Shown here: positions 48,217-61,790 of the stretch, in pieces
Numbering within the stretch: position 1 is the first letter of the stretch
Layout: each line of letters starts with the position of its first letter
Source of the DNA: Podarcis melisellensis
Lineage: Eukaryota
Strand: one strand, 5' to 3'
Length of the DNA: 64,000 bases
Assembly (NCBI GenBank): GCA_964234715.1
Contig: OZ174275.1
The notes under the pieces: generated by a model
The model's database searches: none
The model's input: the letters and a program-made list of their open reading frames with translations, nothing else
What the model was told of the DNA's origin: nothing
Position numbers and translations under genes: made by a program

Positions 48217-50094
48217 TATTCTTCTGTTAAGTTTGCTACCCAAATTATACAGCTGCATGTTCACCTGCAATCTGTGCCCTTGTAACTAGGAAAAAAACCA
48301 TATGTGAGCTTGTGAGCTACTTTTCCATATGAAGAAGTAGCACCTTGTGGTATTTCTCTTGCTTAGGAAAAGCATTATTTAACAATGCCTTCAATGTAGC
48401 TTGAAGCCCAGAATAACGATAGCCCATGCTTTGATCCCTCTTGCCTGTAGGCACTTTAAGATTGGAGAGTCTTGGGTATTTCTTCCTGGGGAAGTTGGAA
48501 GGAAAAGTCCACAATATATGTCTAAACCAGCTTTGTTTCCCTTGTTGCCTATACCAAAGTGAGCAAGAGAGTTTTGTGTTTGTATCTTGGTTATAGTTTA
48601 TTACAACCAAGCTAGTTTATCATTTCTATTCTACATTTCTGTTTAATAATAATTGATAATAGTAAATCAAAGCAGCTTACACTGACATTAAATTTATCAA
48701 CATAAAAACAAATATAAGAAGACATGCCCAGTAAAACAGTACAGTGACAATAATAAAATATCACTTTTAAAGACATGGGGTTTGATCCAAGCATACCCTT
48801 TTATCCATGGAGGGAGTGTCAGTAACGTCACATTCTACGCTGTTCTGGAGGGTACCTCAAATACATTTTCAGGGGTGCACTAGGTTGAAAGAGGAACTTG
48901 TGAAAATTGTCCCCCCTACACTACCATTTGTGGGTGCCAGGAGACACTTTTACCCAAGTGGATTTCCACTCCAACCTTATGAAGTGAAGTTAGTTTAAAA
49001 ATATAACCCAAAATAGCATGTATGTCTCTCTGCACTTCCTTAAAAAATGTACATTCCTTTTTTAAGTCGGTGTGATATCTCTTTGATTAGGTTACTTAGG
49101 AAACCAGTTCACCTGAAGGAGATGGGACCTCTCATGCTGCTGTTAATGACTTTTGGTCATTTGCTGTGTTTTGTTTTGCTTTGAGGCAGAGTTCCAAAGA
49201 GTGTTTTGTTTGAAGTATACGGTAATTTCACTATGATTTTTGTGGAGAATAGAAAGTAAACCAGATTTATTCTTTAACTGCAAGCCACGTCCATGACTTT
49301 TTCGTGTGAATAAGAACTTGATCAATATGCACTGGAATAAGAATATTTCTAGTGAACTGCATTAAATTGATGAACATACCCTATGGGGAAATGCTTTTTT
49401 GTTTTTGTGTAATTCCATTACTTAATTATGGGAAAGCCTGCTATGTTAAAATTACACCGCTCAGGTTTCATGAGAGACTGTTAACACTTGGCTACTTCCC
49501 TGCCAGCTTGCATAATAATTAGCTTCACACAGAGTAAAATAGTGGGACTTCAAATGAAGTAAATATTGCTGGGCACGAGCAGGATCTGATATCACATAGG
49601 GTCAGTTAGAGGAAAACAGATTGCTAGTTCTGTTAGAAATCACTGTGATGAGTGCACAACAAATACTCTTATTCTTTACACTGTGCTCGACTTCCCAGTA
49701 ATAATTGACCACCCTACATCCACTGTTGTGCAGCAAACTGAAGCAATGTGATTTGTCTTGTCTTCAGTTCAGTATGGTTTTAAATACCATTACTCAGGAG
49801 CCACCCCGTTCCCAAGTTTGCCTTGTGAAAATACATCTCATAGGATGGGGTGCTTACTAAATTGAGATGAATGAGGCAAACTGGCATGGACATATAGGAT
49901 GAAATCTTTGTCAGAGAGCAAGATTTTTAATTATTTTTTGGGCAATATTGTTCTGTTGAACTGCTGAGATTTCCTCAATCTGCTGCGTCTGTTGGCTATG
50001 TTCAGATGACACAGTGAACTTGTTTACTGGGATCAGAACAAGCCTTAGGCTTTGGCTCCGTGGCCTACCAAGCCCTAAACTGCTGTTAATCTTT

Positions 50095-50166
50095 ACTATG
50101 GTTTGTTGAAATAAGCCAGCTTTAAACTAATTATTTCAAGTTAGCTTGTTTCATACAAACCATAGT
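50095..50166. repeat. Imperfect palindrome, core of an old MITE-like repeat
   Basis: actatggtttgttgaaataagccagctt ... aagttagcttgtttcatacaaaccatagt. Confidence 0.7.
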
Positions 50167-50447
50167 TAACCTTGGTTTATTGCATTTGGACTAAAAGGCA
50201 AGGTGAATCAAAAGTTTACAAGTGAAGATAACTTGGTTTTGTAAACAGCAGGACTCTGTACTCTGGTGCAGATGTAACACTGGCTATTACCAAACCATTC
50301 TTTGTATATTGGGAGCCAGCCTTGGGTTTCCCCTTGGTTTCCTTAACCTTGGTTGACGATTACTTCTGCACTAGTGCTAACCAGGGTTCACATGTGATGC
50401 TATACTGTACGTAAGGCAAACAGAAGAATGGATGGAATACCTAAATG

Positions 50448-50609
50448 TAGTGCTTTTTTTCTGAAAAAAATATTTAGGGGTAAATTCTCATATTGAAACT
50501 CTCATTTTCCTACTCATATTAAAATACTGCTCCTCAATGAGGCCAAACTTAGATTCACAAAATATTACGGGGCATGTGTACCCCTGCATACCCCCCAGAA
50601 AAAGCACTG
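50448..50609. mobile_element. hAT MITE with perfect 8-bp TSD
   Basis: cctaaatg|tagtgcttttttt...ctg ... cagaaaaagcactg|cctaaatg (TSDs at 50440-50447 and 50610-50617). Confidence 0.88.
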
Positions 50610-53600
50610 CCTAAATGCCTAAAGTGTTTTCTTAGAAAACCCTCCCTTCCCATTTGTGTTTTTAAATGTAGTTCTACATATTCTGGTGCAAATAAAGGTG
50701 TCCCTCCACCCATCCACACACTTTCCCTTTACTTCTGGCTCTAAAATCCTATCAGATGCCAGACTACAAAATAAAAAATCTAAACCATGATTACTTTTTA
50801 TTTAAGAGGGATTAGAGGACACTTGCATTGCAAAACTGTGTTGCTGGCATCAATACAAAACAAAAGACAACAACCTAGCTTGTGCAACAGATTTACTAAG
50901 TTACAAGTCTCAGTGAGGACTTTTTGTTAAATCTATGGGAGTTGTGGCAAGGGATTGGCTCATTCTGCTTCAGCAAGAAGAGCTCATTGGCTTCATGACA
51001 TTACATTTCGTTTCAACTCTCCCTGAACCATGTTGAACTTCACTTGGAACGTTCCTCTGCTTTTTTTTAATCCTGAAGCTGTAATCAAAGAACATACAAG
51101 GAATGAAAAAAGCTTACGAGTGCCTTAATTCAACAACCTAGGCATGTTACAAAAAGAAACAACCCACAAAGCCGCAATCCTCTGTAAAGGCTAACCTACC
51201 GGTAATCAGTCCTATTCCAAATCTATGCCGTTTATCTCTAGCAGGTCCCCCCCCCCCCCGGGTTTTGTCTCTAGGCATACCCTTTTCTATGATGAAATAT
51301 GCACCTCTGCCCTGGGAAAGAAGCATATCACACAGATGATCTGATGAATAGCTATTTGTGCCTTATATTTAAGCCCTTGCTATCCCTTCTTCATGACTCT
51401 TCATATATTAACAAGTGGGCATCTTTTTCAGCAATTCCAGAAAAGAGATACAGAAGATAATATTTTCTAGCAAGAGAGAATGATTTAAATCACGATGGTT
51501 TAAAATCAGTGATTTGAATGAGCAAGAAAAAGAAGGTTGATTTAAGTCAAGTTTTCTTTTGATACTACTTCACATATTTTCTAAAAGATGGTGCAAACTA
51601 CTAAACTCTGTTAATTTACAGAATATTGCTTACCCTGTTCCATATGTACAACCAAGCCTTGCATCTCTTAGTCTCAGTATACATTTTACATACTTCCTTC
51701 TTTTTCCCTGTAGAGGGAATGTCTCTAAAATGTTCTCATATAGGATCTTTCTTATGACAAACACCCATGACAATTTGCAAAGTTAGCAGCAGAATCCTAT
51801 TTGCCCAGGAGTAAATCCTCTTGAGTTCAGTAGGGCTTTAACTATAAGTGAATATAGGACGGCAGCACAAATATGGGGAATAATAGGGACCTGAGGGCTG
51901 CACAATTTTGTCTTCCAGTCTTCTTTCCGGTTGCTCCTTTCTGCTTCTCTTGGTCCACATTTAACAAAAATGAGGTATCCATGATTGATAGGTCAAAGCA
52001 GGGGTGATTATTACTAGGCAGACTAGAGCTGTTGATTCTCATCAGATTAAGATGAAATGCCTATATCTGAGTAATGATAAGATAGGTTCTTCATTGAGAC
52101 AGAAAAATCTATCTGGATATATCTGATGGAAGGGGTTGATTCAGTGCATATAAATGAACTGTAGGTCTAACACAGCCTTGTGACTATACCCCACCCCCAA
52201 GTTACTACTAGCCTGTTAAAAGAAAAGAAAAAGCACTAACCTGCTAGGTGCTGTCCAAAGAGGGATGGAGAGCGGCATTTCTGCGCTGGGTGCAGAGGAG
52301 AGACAAGGTGCTCCATCCTTCCTGCAACAGCCCACTCCTTTCTGTGCATGGAATCCTTGTTGTCAGTGACTACAAAGCTACTATCAAGGTTGGCTAATGT
52401 GCTTATATCCAAATTAATTTACATTTGATCTCTTTATTATATAAGAGAAACTTATCAAACCTTGTCAGAAGAATCCCTGTGTAGGAGTTTCCACTTGTGC
52501 AGTGGGGCTTCCCCCCCACTTTCCTCCCCCTGTGCCCCTGAAATTACCTTGTGGCGGGGAGTTGGGAGGATCCCCAGAATAGGGTGGGTGGGTGTGCTTT
52601 GTTCTGCTTGTGCAGAGAGAATGTTCATCACCATGCAAAATTGAATTCCACCCTCCGTATTTTCAATTCTTAAAAACATCAAACTCCAATTATTACTATT
52701 TTTAAAAAATCTTAAATCTGATTTTTAGTCCACCTAACATGCTTATATTTGAGAGGAAGCCAATAGAGACATAAAAGGTGGTGAATATGGGATTAATCTC
52801 AGTACCAGGTCATATGTCTATCCCCAAGATAGTAGTAACGTCAGCACGTGGGCAGGTGCGGCTGTAGCATTTCTCCCTGAAATGTGGTTAAAGGAATTGA
52901 ACTGGGCTGCAGTGTTGTGCTCCTCTCCCTTAGAAAGTCAGGTGGTTCTCTGCCTTCACCATAATGAGAGGAGTATAACTATTACATTTGAACTGCCCGG
53001 TGGTGCCTTGGCTGCTTCATTTCTTTATGTCAAGGGACTTTGTCTGAATTTGCCATAGTGTGAAAATCTCCAAAGTTGCCATATCAGAGAGAAATTATTT
53101 CTGAAGTGTTGTTTTTTTCCCCTGTCACTTGAGAGCAGTTTCAGATAAAAGGTTTTAGAACAAGGAGGTCAAGTGTGTGACAGCCTGTTTTCCTCTGCCC
53201 TAGGAATATATTTATGAACTCGCACTCGTCCCCCCCACTCCGCAAAACCCATTTTTGGTTTTATTTTAGCTGAAAGAACTTCCTCATCCTCCGGTGCCCT
53301 TGAGAGCACATTGATATAGGCGTACAGTATTTGTTTGTTTCTGAGAGCAGAACATTTGTTAGAAGCTGGAGGAGATTGCTTTCCATTCCCCTCTCTTACT
53401 GCAACAGACATCCAAATGCCAGGGACACAAGAAGGTTTTGTTCTAACCCAGAGTGTGAACTTGCACCATGAAGAAAGTGGCTGGGGATTCTTTCTAGCTT
53501 TCAAGTGCCGTGGGTTGAGGTGAGCTTCAGCACAGTACATTTACCTGCTTACCTCATAAGCTAGATGCTCTTCTCTACTTAATGCCACAACCCACCACAT

Positions 53601-54442
53601 AGTGAAGCTTGATTAATTCATTTGATTCCTGAGGGTACTGTCCTGGATTGTGCCTCTTCTGAGTCCTCTTCCAGGCTAGGCACTGTACTCCATGCTAGAC
53701 CAGAAGTCACTTCTAGATGCAAGCAATTGCGGAAAGTTAACTTCCTAAATAGTATTTTCTGCAGCCACCAATTCCCCATTTGGTTAGTTTGGGACTCTGC
53801 CAGAGGGAATGTAGCATTCTATAGCATTGGCTGTACTGGATACCAAGACCTGTGAACCTGGTAAATCCTTAGAGTTTGGTTTTCCTGTAATGTGGAAGCC
53901 TGAATTAATTCTGGCCTTCATAGTTAACAGCAAGAGAGGTTAATTCACAGTCCATTCCCAATTTAGCACAGTAATTAGCTGTTTGTAGAACACTATTTGT
54001 GTTTGTTTTGGAGTTAAATACACATAGACGTAAGCCACACTTTTAAAAATCTGCTGCACCTTTATAGAGTGAAATTTAAACTTCCTGACTTAATTCACTA
54101 AAACATAATGCAAACGTTTGTTTTTTAATTGGTCAATTTTAAAGCAGACAGATGCTTCGAAAGGAACGATGTAATGAAATTATATCCATTTAACAAAATC
54201 TACTGCTTATTATTTGTTTTCCAATTAAATGTCAGTTAAGAAGCAATTTCTGTAGGTGGGAAGAAGAGGTATAGGCATTGTTTCTAACCTTATATAAAGC
54301 CCAGAGCTGTAGCTGAAAAAAATGGTCCAGGATCCAGTGGGACATTTCATCACAGCTCCATCTGCAACCAAGCACTTTGAATGGATACTAGCTTTTTGTT
54401 AAATGTTAACCCTCATTTAACCCTCTTTAATGTTCTTCTTTA

Positions 54443-54605
54443 ACCTGGCCTTTGGCTGATTGACATCCGGTGCCCTTTTAAAATGTGATGAGGGTGTTAC
54501 TGGGTTGTTCTTGTTTTTATTATGTATTATGTATGTGTTTTTATATTGTGATTTTATCTTGTGAACCGCCCTGTGGGTATAGGGCAGTATACAAATCTAA
54601 TAATA
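54443..54605 (+). mobile_element. L2-type LINE 3' end
   Basis: cctggcctttggctgatt...ttgtgaaccgccctg...gggcagtatacaaatctaataata. Confidence 0.7.
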
Positions 54606-55189
54606 TTTATATTTATATTTATATATATATAAAATTATGAGTACTTCACTCTTGCAACTAAGCATATGATGGCACACATTTTATGATAAAAAGAGGGGGG
54701 AAATTAAAGCAAGCTTTTGATCAGGTACTAAAGTCCAGTTCAAACACACTCAGCCTTCTGCATGCAATTGAAGCCCCCTCTGTGGACACGTTCATGTGAA
54801 CAATGTAATATGTGACCTGGGCCATTATCAGATACACCTGTAATCTCCTGACGAAGATTGCCAATAGTGACACATTTTTTTTGGGCTGCCATAGTCACAA
54901 GAATTGCCTTTGGTAGCTGTGCATGAGGGCACAAAGTGGACCTCTGGTGGCATAATATATTTTAAAATAATTTAATATTGAGATGACCTAAATAAGAATT
55001 CTCATTAACACATCCCTAGAAACAGACTGGATACATCGCTTAATTAAGGTGCTGAACTGGTGGAAATACAATCATAGTTCTAGTATTTAAGTGCACTAAT
55101 AAGAGTTATGGCATAAAATGTCTTCAAAATAGTTTGTACTTTAAATTTTTTTGCATTTCTGTTATTTCCTGCCACTGGGTTTCCTTTTA

Positions 55190-55330
55190 TTAATGCTGTT
55201 TTTATTCTGTTTTAAATGCCATGTAGGGTTGTTGTTGTTGTTTTGTATATATTATGGTGTTAATTTTTATAGTAAGCACCTGAGAGAACTTTTCGTTGCT
55301 GGGCAGTGTATAAATAAAATAGGTAAATAA
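55190..55330 (+). mobile_element. L2-type LINE 3' tail abutting the exon 8 acceptor
   Basis: T-rich UTR then gtaagcacctgagag...gggcagtgtataaataaaataggtaaataa. Confidence 0.55.
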
Positions 55331-55359
55331 TCAAATGTGCTTTTAAAAATCTCTTGCAG

Positions 55360-55542
55360 CCACCTTGTATACTTCTGGCATCTTGTTTGGCGTCTTCTTG
55401 AACAGCAGCGTACCTATTTTCTTTGAACTTTTTGTGGAAACTGTCTACCCTGTTCCAGAAGGGATTACTTGCGGCGTGACCACTTTCCTAAGCAACATGT
55501 TCATGGGAGTTCTTTTATTTTTTCTTACTTTCTACAATAAAG
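55360..55542 (+). CDS. SLC49A4: SLC49A4 exon 8 ([61 protein letters not shown])
   Basis: Overlaps ORF 55365..55583. Acceptor ctcttgcag, donor g|gtaagg, 183 nt. Confidence 0.96.
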
Positions 55543-58374
55543 GTAAGGAGTATTTAGATGCTTGTGGTGTATCAATTTGTTAGCACAACGTATTTCAGCT
55601 GGGAGTTTTATTTTTGGATTCACCAGGAAGAGGAGCTTCATGGAGATTCTTCTGTTAACACTAATGATGTGTATAAATCCCTTAGCATTTGTAGAAGAAT
55701 AGGCCTCCCTATGTGTTCGTCTTTATAAGTCTGCCAGTCAAAGATTGAAATCTTCACATAGAATTTTTCCTTTGAAGGCAGGGCAGTGGGATGCCTTTGA
55801 GATAAATACTGTGGTGGCTTCTTTTTTAAAAAAAAAGACGACAATGAACCACGTAATGTTATGACCATTAATAACATACGTAGCTAGGCAGGCTAAAACA
55901 GCGATAAAACTAATCCAATCTCATGCTTCAGGGTCTAATCTGGTTGTTTTGGGGGGTCAGAAGAAGCGTGTGGTTTCATTTTCATCTTCCAGACCTGGTC
56001 TTTTGACCACACTCACGATTTACAGATTGGCAAAAGAGGAGGTATCTCCCCACTGTCCTGTTTTCAGATAAGTTTCGGAAGATCGTAAACTGAGGAAGGG
56101 AGAGTTGTGGGTTATGTGTTGCTATAGTGCAGGTGAGGGGAAACTCCTTCAGTTCAAGGTCCCTCCATTTTTGACAGGTGGGCAGGGCCACCCACTTTCG
56201 ATCACCAGGCATCATACACCATAATTCTGGTTTCAAGCCAGCGGCAAGCACAATCTAGTCCCACAACACTAAAAACAGTTGATGGTCACATGGGCCTGGT
56301 TTGTTCAAAATGGCCTGATGGATACCTTTCCAGTGCAATGCTATAGAGATAAAGGGTTGGCTCAACCTGAAGCCTCTGAGCTTTGCTCCTGTAGAGCACA
56401 AAGGGTGTGGAACCATCTGAAGAATGTTGACAGGGTTTCTTCTCCCACCCCCCTTCTGAAACGTACCCTCTCATACAACAGAGAAAAGGTCTTTAGCCTA
56501 ATGTACATCTTCTTGTACATCTCCCATACGTAGAGTGTAGGTGTTTGCAGATCTGTTTGTTGTATGCATGCACTACATGCTGTTGTTTACATGTTCATGA
56601 AAAATGCCCTGTGTGTGCACATGTAAATAGCGAGCCAGGAATGCAATGGCCCTTAGCTATTGGTTGAAAGGATGAATATTTCTGCAACCTCACATATATC
56701 AGTCCTTTCCATATTTGATTGTTCTTCAGCTCTTGCTGTTCTTTCACAAGAACTGCCATAGTATCATCCTCACCTATAATGCCATGATTCCTTGGAGGGA
56801 GAATAGAATACACAGATTTTGCTGTTAGTGCTTCCCAGTATACACTTCTACTGGATATGCCAGCAGAGCTGACTTACAACCCACATGATGACTGCTACTG
56901 GCGCATTGTAATGCCATAAGTTTCGTTTCTTGCTTTGAATTATTTTTTAAGCGCATTCTTGTTAGTTGACATCATTTTGGCCAGAAAAAAATAGCTTTGA
57001 CATTTGAAAGCCCCATAAAGACGGTTGCCGTCTTTTAAACAAATATATAGACCACTTACGGTTGGATAGTTTCCATGTATTAATTTGGCAGTTTGAGGGA
57101 GAGGAGCATAAGGGAATGTGAGGATACTGGAAACTTTAGTGATTTTACTTAGTTGGTGTACATTCTATTCAGTGTGGTAAAAGGTAAATCTTTTCATGGA
57201 ATTGATAGCAAAAATATTATTAGTAGGTGATGCCTAATAGAACATAAAGAGATATTTCTGAAGAAGCAGTGCTGTCTATAATATTGAGAGTTTTGCACCT
57301 TTAGCCCTGTGAGTTACTGGGATTAAACCAGACCAGTGTTGTTAGGTGGTTCTAGACCTGAGGGTGCATTTGTGTTCTGTAAAAACAGTGAACAAAGTAG
57401 GCATTTCTTCAGAGATACACATAATATTGATAGGGAGGTGGCATTTGCATTGTCCTTGCTTACTGATTAACTTTAATAATTAACCATTGGACAGCATTGG
57501 TTTGGACTGCATCTTTTGCTGGAGAAATTACATTTGCTTGTCCTGACAAGCCAAATCAGACTGTTGTTGTTGATTAAAATGATATTCTCTCAATACAAGA
57601 CTAGGAAGGCAAAAGAATAGCTGATGGGAGTCAAAAGAATTGACAAAATGAACACACCCTGTAGATCTTTAAAAAGCACTCACAGCTCATTCTGGAATGA
57701 TTTACAGACTCTGGATTTGAAATCCAATTTATAAATATGGTCTCACTGTGCTCAGCTTTCCTGACACATAGCTGTATAAGCCTAATTTTCCTGTGAGCAT
57801 TTGGAATTGTGGTAGGATGCAGAGATGCTCTTAATCTTTCTCCCCCACAATGTCTGCACAGCAAAGGAGTTGTGAAGACCTCATCCCATCATTGTGACTT
57901 AACTTACCAAGCAAATTAAGATGGCTAAAATTTAATTAATTTTGTTTTTAAAATGTTCCATGACAAGGGTTATAATCAAATGATAAATTTTTTCTCAGTG
58001 TGTTTATTCTCACTGCATCTTCTTAAATCAAAATGTTTTGTGCTTTATAATGCTTTTCGTTTATGTGTAAATAGTTTTGTTTCTGTTAGTTCTCAAGCAT
58101 AACAACTAAAGACACAGAATAGGCAAGGCTGTCCTGTGTGCCCCAGTTCAGCTGGAAGAAGTCAAGCAGGGGTGGTGGCCTATTTGAGCATCCCAGCTCA
58201 ATTTATTACAGTACCCGTATTTTCAATGAGGACAACAAGATTGCAGAGGTCTTTCTCTGAAGTGTTTGCCTTAACCTAAATTATGATGCTTTTAAAGAAC
58301 TGGCCGTTTTTTATGATGAAGTAGGCCATGCTTGCATCGATATTCAAGACTAATCTTTCTTCTCCCCCATCCAG

Positions 58375-58490
58375 AGTTCTCTTGGTTTAACTGGTGCCTC
58401 CCAGGCTCCTGTCTGCTAAGTCTTCTGCTCATCCTGTGCTTCAGGGAATCCTACGATAGACTTTATCTCGACGTCATCGTCTCCGTTTGA
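58375..58490 (+). CDS. SLC49A4: SLC49A4 exon 9 coding part ([38 protein letters not shown])
   Basis: Acceptor tctttcttctcccccatccag. TGA at 58488-58490 is followed immediately by TAG. Confidence 0.96.
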
Positions 58491-60787
58491 TAGCACAAAA
58501 CAGAAGGGAGCTCCAGAAGAGGATGGAAGTTAGAACCCTGCTCTGCCTCTTTCCTTTGGAAATTGAAAAGACCAAAGGTCAAAGCTAAAAAAAAACCCTA
58601 AACAGTTTTAACATTGACCTTTTAACTGAACTTACAAAGTGGTTTTTAAAGTACACTTCCTAATTTCAGATTTTATTATCTTGATAACGATGGTGAGTGT
58701 TGTACTTGAATGGGAATTTGAATATTTTTTTAAAAGCACACACTCAAAAGAATGTGCGTTAGGGAGAAGCTATAGTTTATTAACTGTGAGATTTTTATTT
58801 AATAAGCTATTTAACTGGGTATACAGATTTTGTGCCAACTCAAGCCATTTACAAGATAGGTACAAAATGAATATCTTACTTAGGGTTTAAGGGAGGAACA
58901 TATTCACCATCACAAAAAAGTCTATTTTTGCAGCCTAAAGAGTCTAGTAAGAATTCTGATGTTCCAATATTTTTCCTGCTTTTTAAACAATATACTATCC
59001 CCCATGGTGTAGTATATGAAAAGACAAGTGTCACTTTGGTGGCCAAATATTTGCAACGTAGTTAATCAGGGCTGAACAACTTGTTCCCTCACTATGAGTC
59101 CTCTAAGCTGTATCAAAATGAGAATAGTAGGTAGATATGAATTTATCCTCCTAGGATTTTAACTATGGCCAAATATTTAAAATTCATATAAATGTCTTGA
59201 CATGCCCCTTGTACACTACATTTATTTTCTAATGAAGCAATTTCTAATGTTTTCTAACCACTCCCCTTCTTGACACATTGAAGGGTCTTATATCAGTTGG
59301 TGCTATATATTCAGTTATGTCTAAAACAATTAATTGCCTTAGTATAGGAATGACATCGGTTGTGAAGGTATCATGGGTCAGCACTACCTTTACTGGGATA
59401 TTTTTAATTCATTTCTCTATCCAAATACTGCAAGCTGTCCTCCCAATGTTTTATCAAGCTGACTGAACAAAATTTATAGCTTTTCTGTGACAAGTCACGT
59501 GTGTTTTCAAGCTAGTTTACAATTTAAAGAGTGCCTATCATGTGTGATTTTGTTTTTAAACAGATATTCAGTGGTGGTACTTTCGGGTAACAAAATTAAA
59601 TGGCAAATCAAATCGATCCAGACTTGATCTTCTATAGAAAGCTTTCGATCCAGTGGGCAGATGCCACTGGTGGGGGCAGCATTTACCAATTTCTCTTCTC
59701 CCTCCCACAGTGTTTCAGCCCAACTCTCTGGAACATTGAGGGAGGTGGGTGAGGCTGAGGGTGCAGGAGAGCAGGGAATCTCCCTTGTCCGCCAGCAGGA
59801 GCAAAGTCTGATTCCAACTCAGAGTCTCCAGCCTTGGAACTTTGCATAACGTGGTAGTTGCAGTACTGTGTATCCTGTATTACAAGACCTATTATTTAGT
59901 TGGCTTTGTTTTCAAAAGCCAATCTAGCTTCTCCAGTTGGTTTTACAAAGCCTCACGTGCTCATGCTTTGCAAGAAATCTTATGCAAAATACATGTTGCT
60001 ACCATCCATTTGAGAGAGGGAATTGTCAACCTGTGTTTACTAAATTGTGGCCAGTATGCTTCTCTACTAACGCAAATATTTTGAAACACTTTCATGAGCA
60101 TTCTTATAGCTCTGTTAATACTGAGTTTTAATCTTGAGCTTGTTCTCTTCCGTTGGTCAGTCGGTCTGTGTGCATGCGTGTAAAATATGTTTGCACATAC
60201 AAATCTTACGAGTGTATTTTTTAGTAGTAAATTTCCACAGTGTCGAAATTCTAATGATATATTTAGTGCCATTGTCCATTCGAAAAGCAATCTCTTCAAG
60301 TAATGACATAGTTTACATAACACAGTTGAGTGACTTTTTTTTTAAGAGGAGGTAACAAAGCCAACTTGCTCAGGGGCATTTGTGGATTCCACAATCTAAT
60401 ATTATGCTTCAGTGAGAACTTTGAATTTGGATATGTTTCACTCCTTCAAAGAAGTTCCATTCTGCCACTCTTGAATCATTTGGCCACTGTAATTCAGAAA
60501 TTAAGCAATATTTCTCAGACACATGGCTTTATTCTGTTTGTCCAGTCATTTTATTCTGTGGATAACTGAAATATTTCTTCAATTTGCATTTAGGATCTTA
60601 AATGGAATTATTGGTGTCATTTTATAGCGTCAACTTTTTGTTGTTGTTATGGTACCATTTTGTATTCCATATTGGTTAATAGGATGTGACAGCTTGATGA
60701 ACTGATCCCCGATAGCTCATGAAAGATGAAAAACCTTTCTCTTAGAAGTACCTTTCAGCCAAAATATAGCCATTTTAATCTGCAATA

Positions 60788-61003
60788 CAGTGGACGCTCG
60801 GGTTGTGAACGTGATCCGTGTGGGATACACATTCGCAACCCGCAGCAGCACGTCTGTGCACGTCTGCGCGTGCGCAAAGCACGATTTAGCACATGTGCAA
60901 CCTCCGAAACCCTGAAGTAACCTGTTGCAGTACTTCCAGGTTTCGGAGCGTCCGTAACCTGAAAAAGCACAACCTGAAGCGTCTGTAACCCGAGGTATGA
61001 CTG
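60788..61003. mobile_element. pogo/Tigger-like MITE (family A relative with a different interior)
   Basis: TA|cagtggacgctcgggtt ... aacctgaagcgtctgtaacccgaggtatgactg|TA; CpG-rich. Confidence 0.85.
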
Positions 61004-61249
61004 TATAGAAAGATTCTGATTTCCCCTCACTTTACAGGCAGGCTTTTCTGTATTTTTTTTTAGCAGGCTTCCTCACAGCTCTTGCCACATGATTTTTCTC
61101 TTGGGGTGCTACACCTACAAGGAGGAACAAGTCCATCCACTTAACACCCTTTCATTGCCCAGTAGGGAACAATCTAGCATTCATCTAATAGCAATGTCAA
61201 TTAATACATCCTGGTCCCAGTTACATCAAGGTTGAACCTTTTTTTTGCT

Positions 61250-61255
61250 AATAAA
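61250..61255 (+). terminator. Candidate polyadenylation signal AATAAA
   Basis: First canonical AATAAA I find after the stop codon. ATTAAA at 59595-59600 and AATAAA at 62533-62538 are alternatives. Usage cannot be shown from sequence. Confidence 0.35.
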
Positions 61256-61679
61256 GAGTTATCCTACTGGGATTGCAACTGTATACATTTGAAGTACTTT
61301 CACAAGAAGCAGAGGATGTTTTTTCATATACACATACCCCTCCTGGCTGCCATGTTATTTGTGTGGCATTAGCTAAAACGAGTCCAAGAATCAGGTTAAG
61401 TGTTCTCCTTGATTATGCTTCAAGGCATTTCTCACTGTTGGGATTTTAGGGAAAGAAACTCTCTGTGTACTCTTGATCTGCTCCCAAGAGGAGTCAAGGC
61501 ATTTTTTTGTTCCTGAGTTTTGTCTTTCTTCTCTTGAGCGCTTAAAAATGAACTAGAAGATTGGTGCAAGTAGATGTCCTCCTAGTCAGAGGGCAGCTTG
61601 GTGGCAACATCATGATAGTATCCTTTTTTCTTCTTATATTTGTGTTGTTGAAAAGAAATCCCCAACTTGTTGGCTGAGA

Positions 61680-61790
61680 ACTAGAAAATGTGAGTAGGAT
61701 CTGCTGCTTCATTTCCTGGAGTTGTGCTTGGGCCAGTCACTTTTTGAACTTGGTGTCCTCATCTGATGTGTGTGAGATAATACAGGTATA
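61680..61790 (+). mobile_element. MIR/CORE-SINE-like remnant
   Basis: cttgggccagtcactt...gtgtcctcatctg...gagataata resembles the CORE consensus ttgggcaagtcactt...tttcctcatctgtaaaatggggataata. Confidence 0.45.

Larger units (their letters stand above)
11802..58490 (+). other. SLC49A4: SLC49A4 (DIRC2) gene span, coding exons 2-9; 5'-partial (exon 1 outside window)
   Basis: Eight AG/GT-bounded exons of 94, 263, 130, 109, 68, 128, 183 and 116 nt join in frame to give an MFS transporter sequence ([10 protein letters not shown]...[16 protein letters not shown]...[12 protein letters not shown]...[17 protein letters not shown]...[15 protein letters not shown]...[15 protein letters not shown]) matching the DIRC2 sequence as I recall it. 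Confidence 0.97.

Noticed and set aside
51480-52735. gatttaaatc-type subterminal motifs suggesting a large old DNA transposon
   Set aside because: I could not define both TIRs or a TSD by eye.
59494-59959. GTCACGTG and TCACGTG as CLEAR/TFEB sites of a lysosomal gene
   Set aside because: Incomplete palindromes in the 3' region rather than near the promoter; isolated short motifs are not enough.
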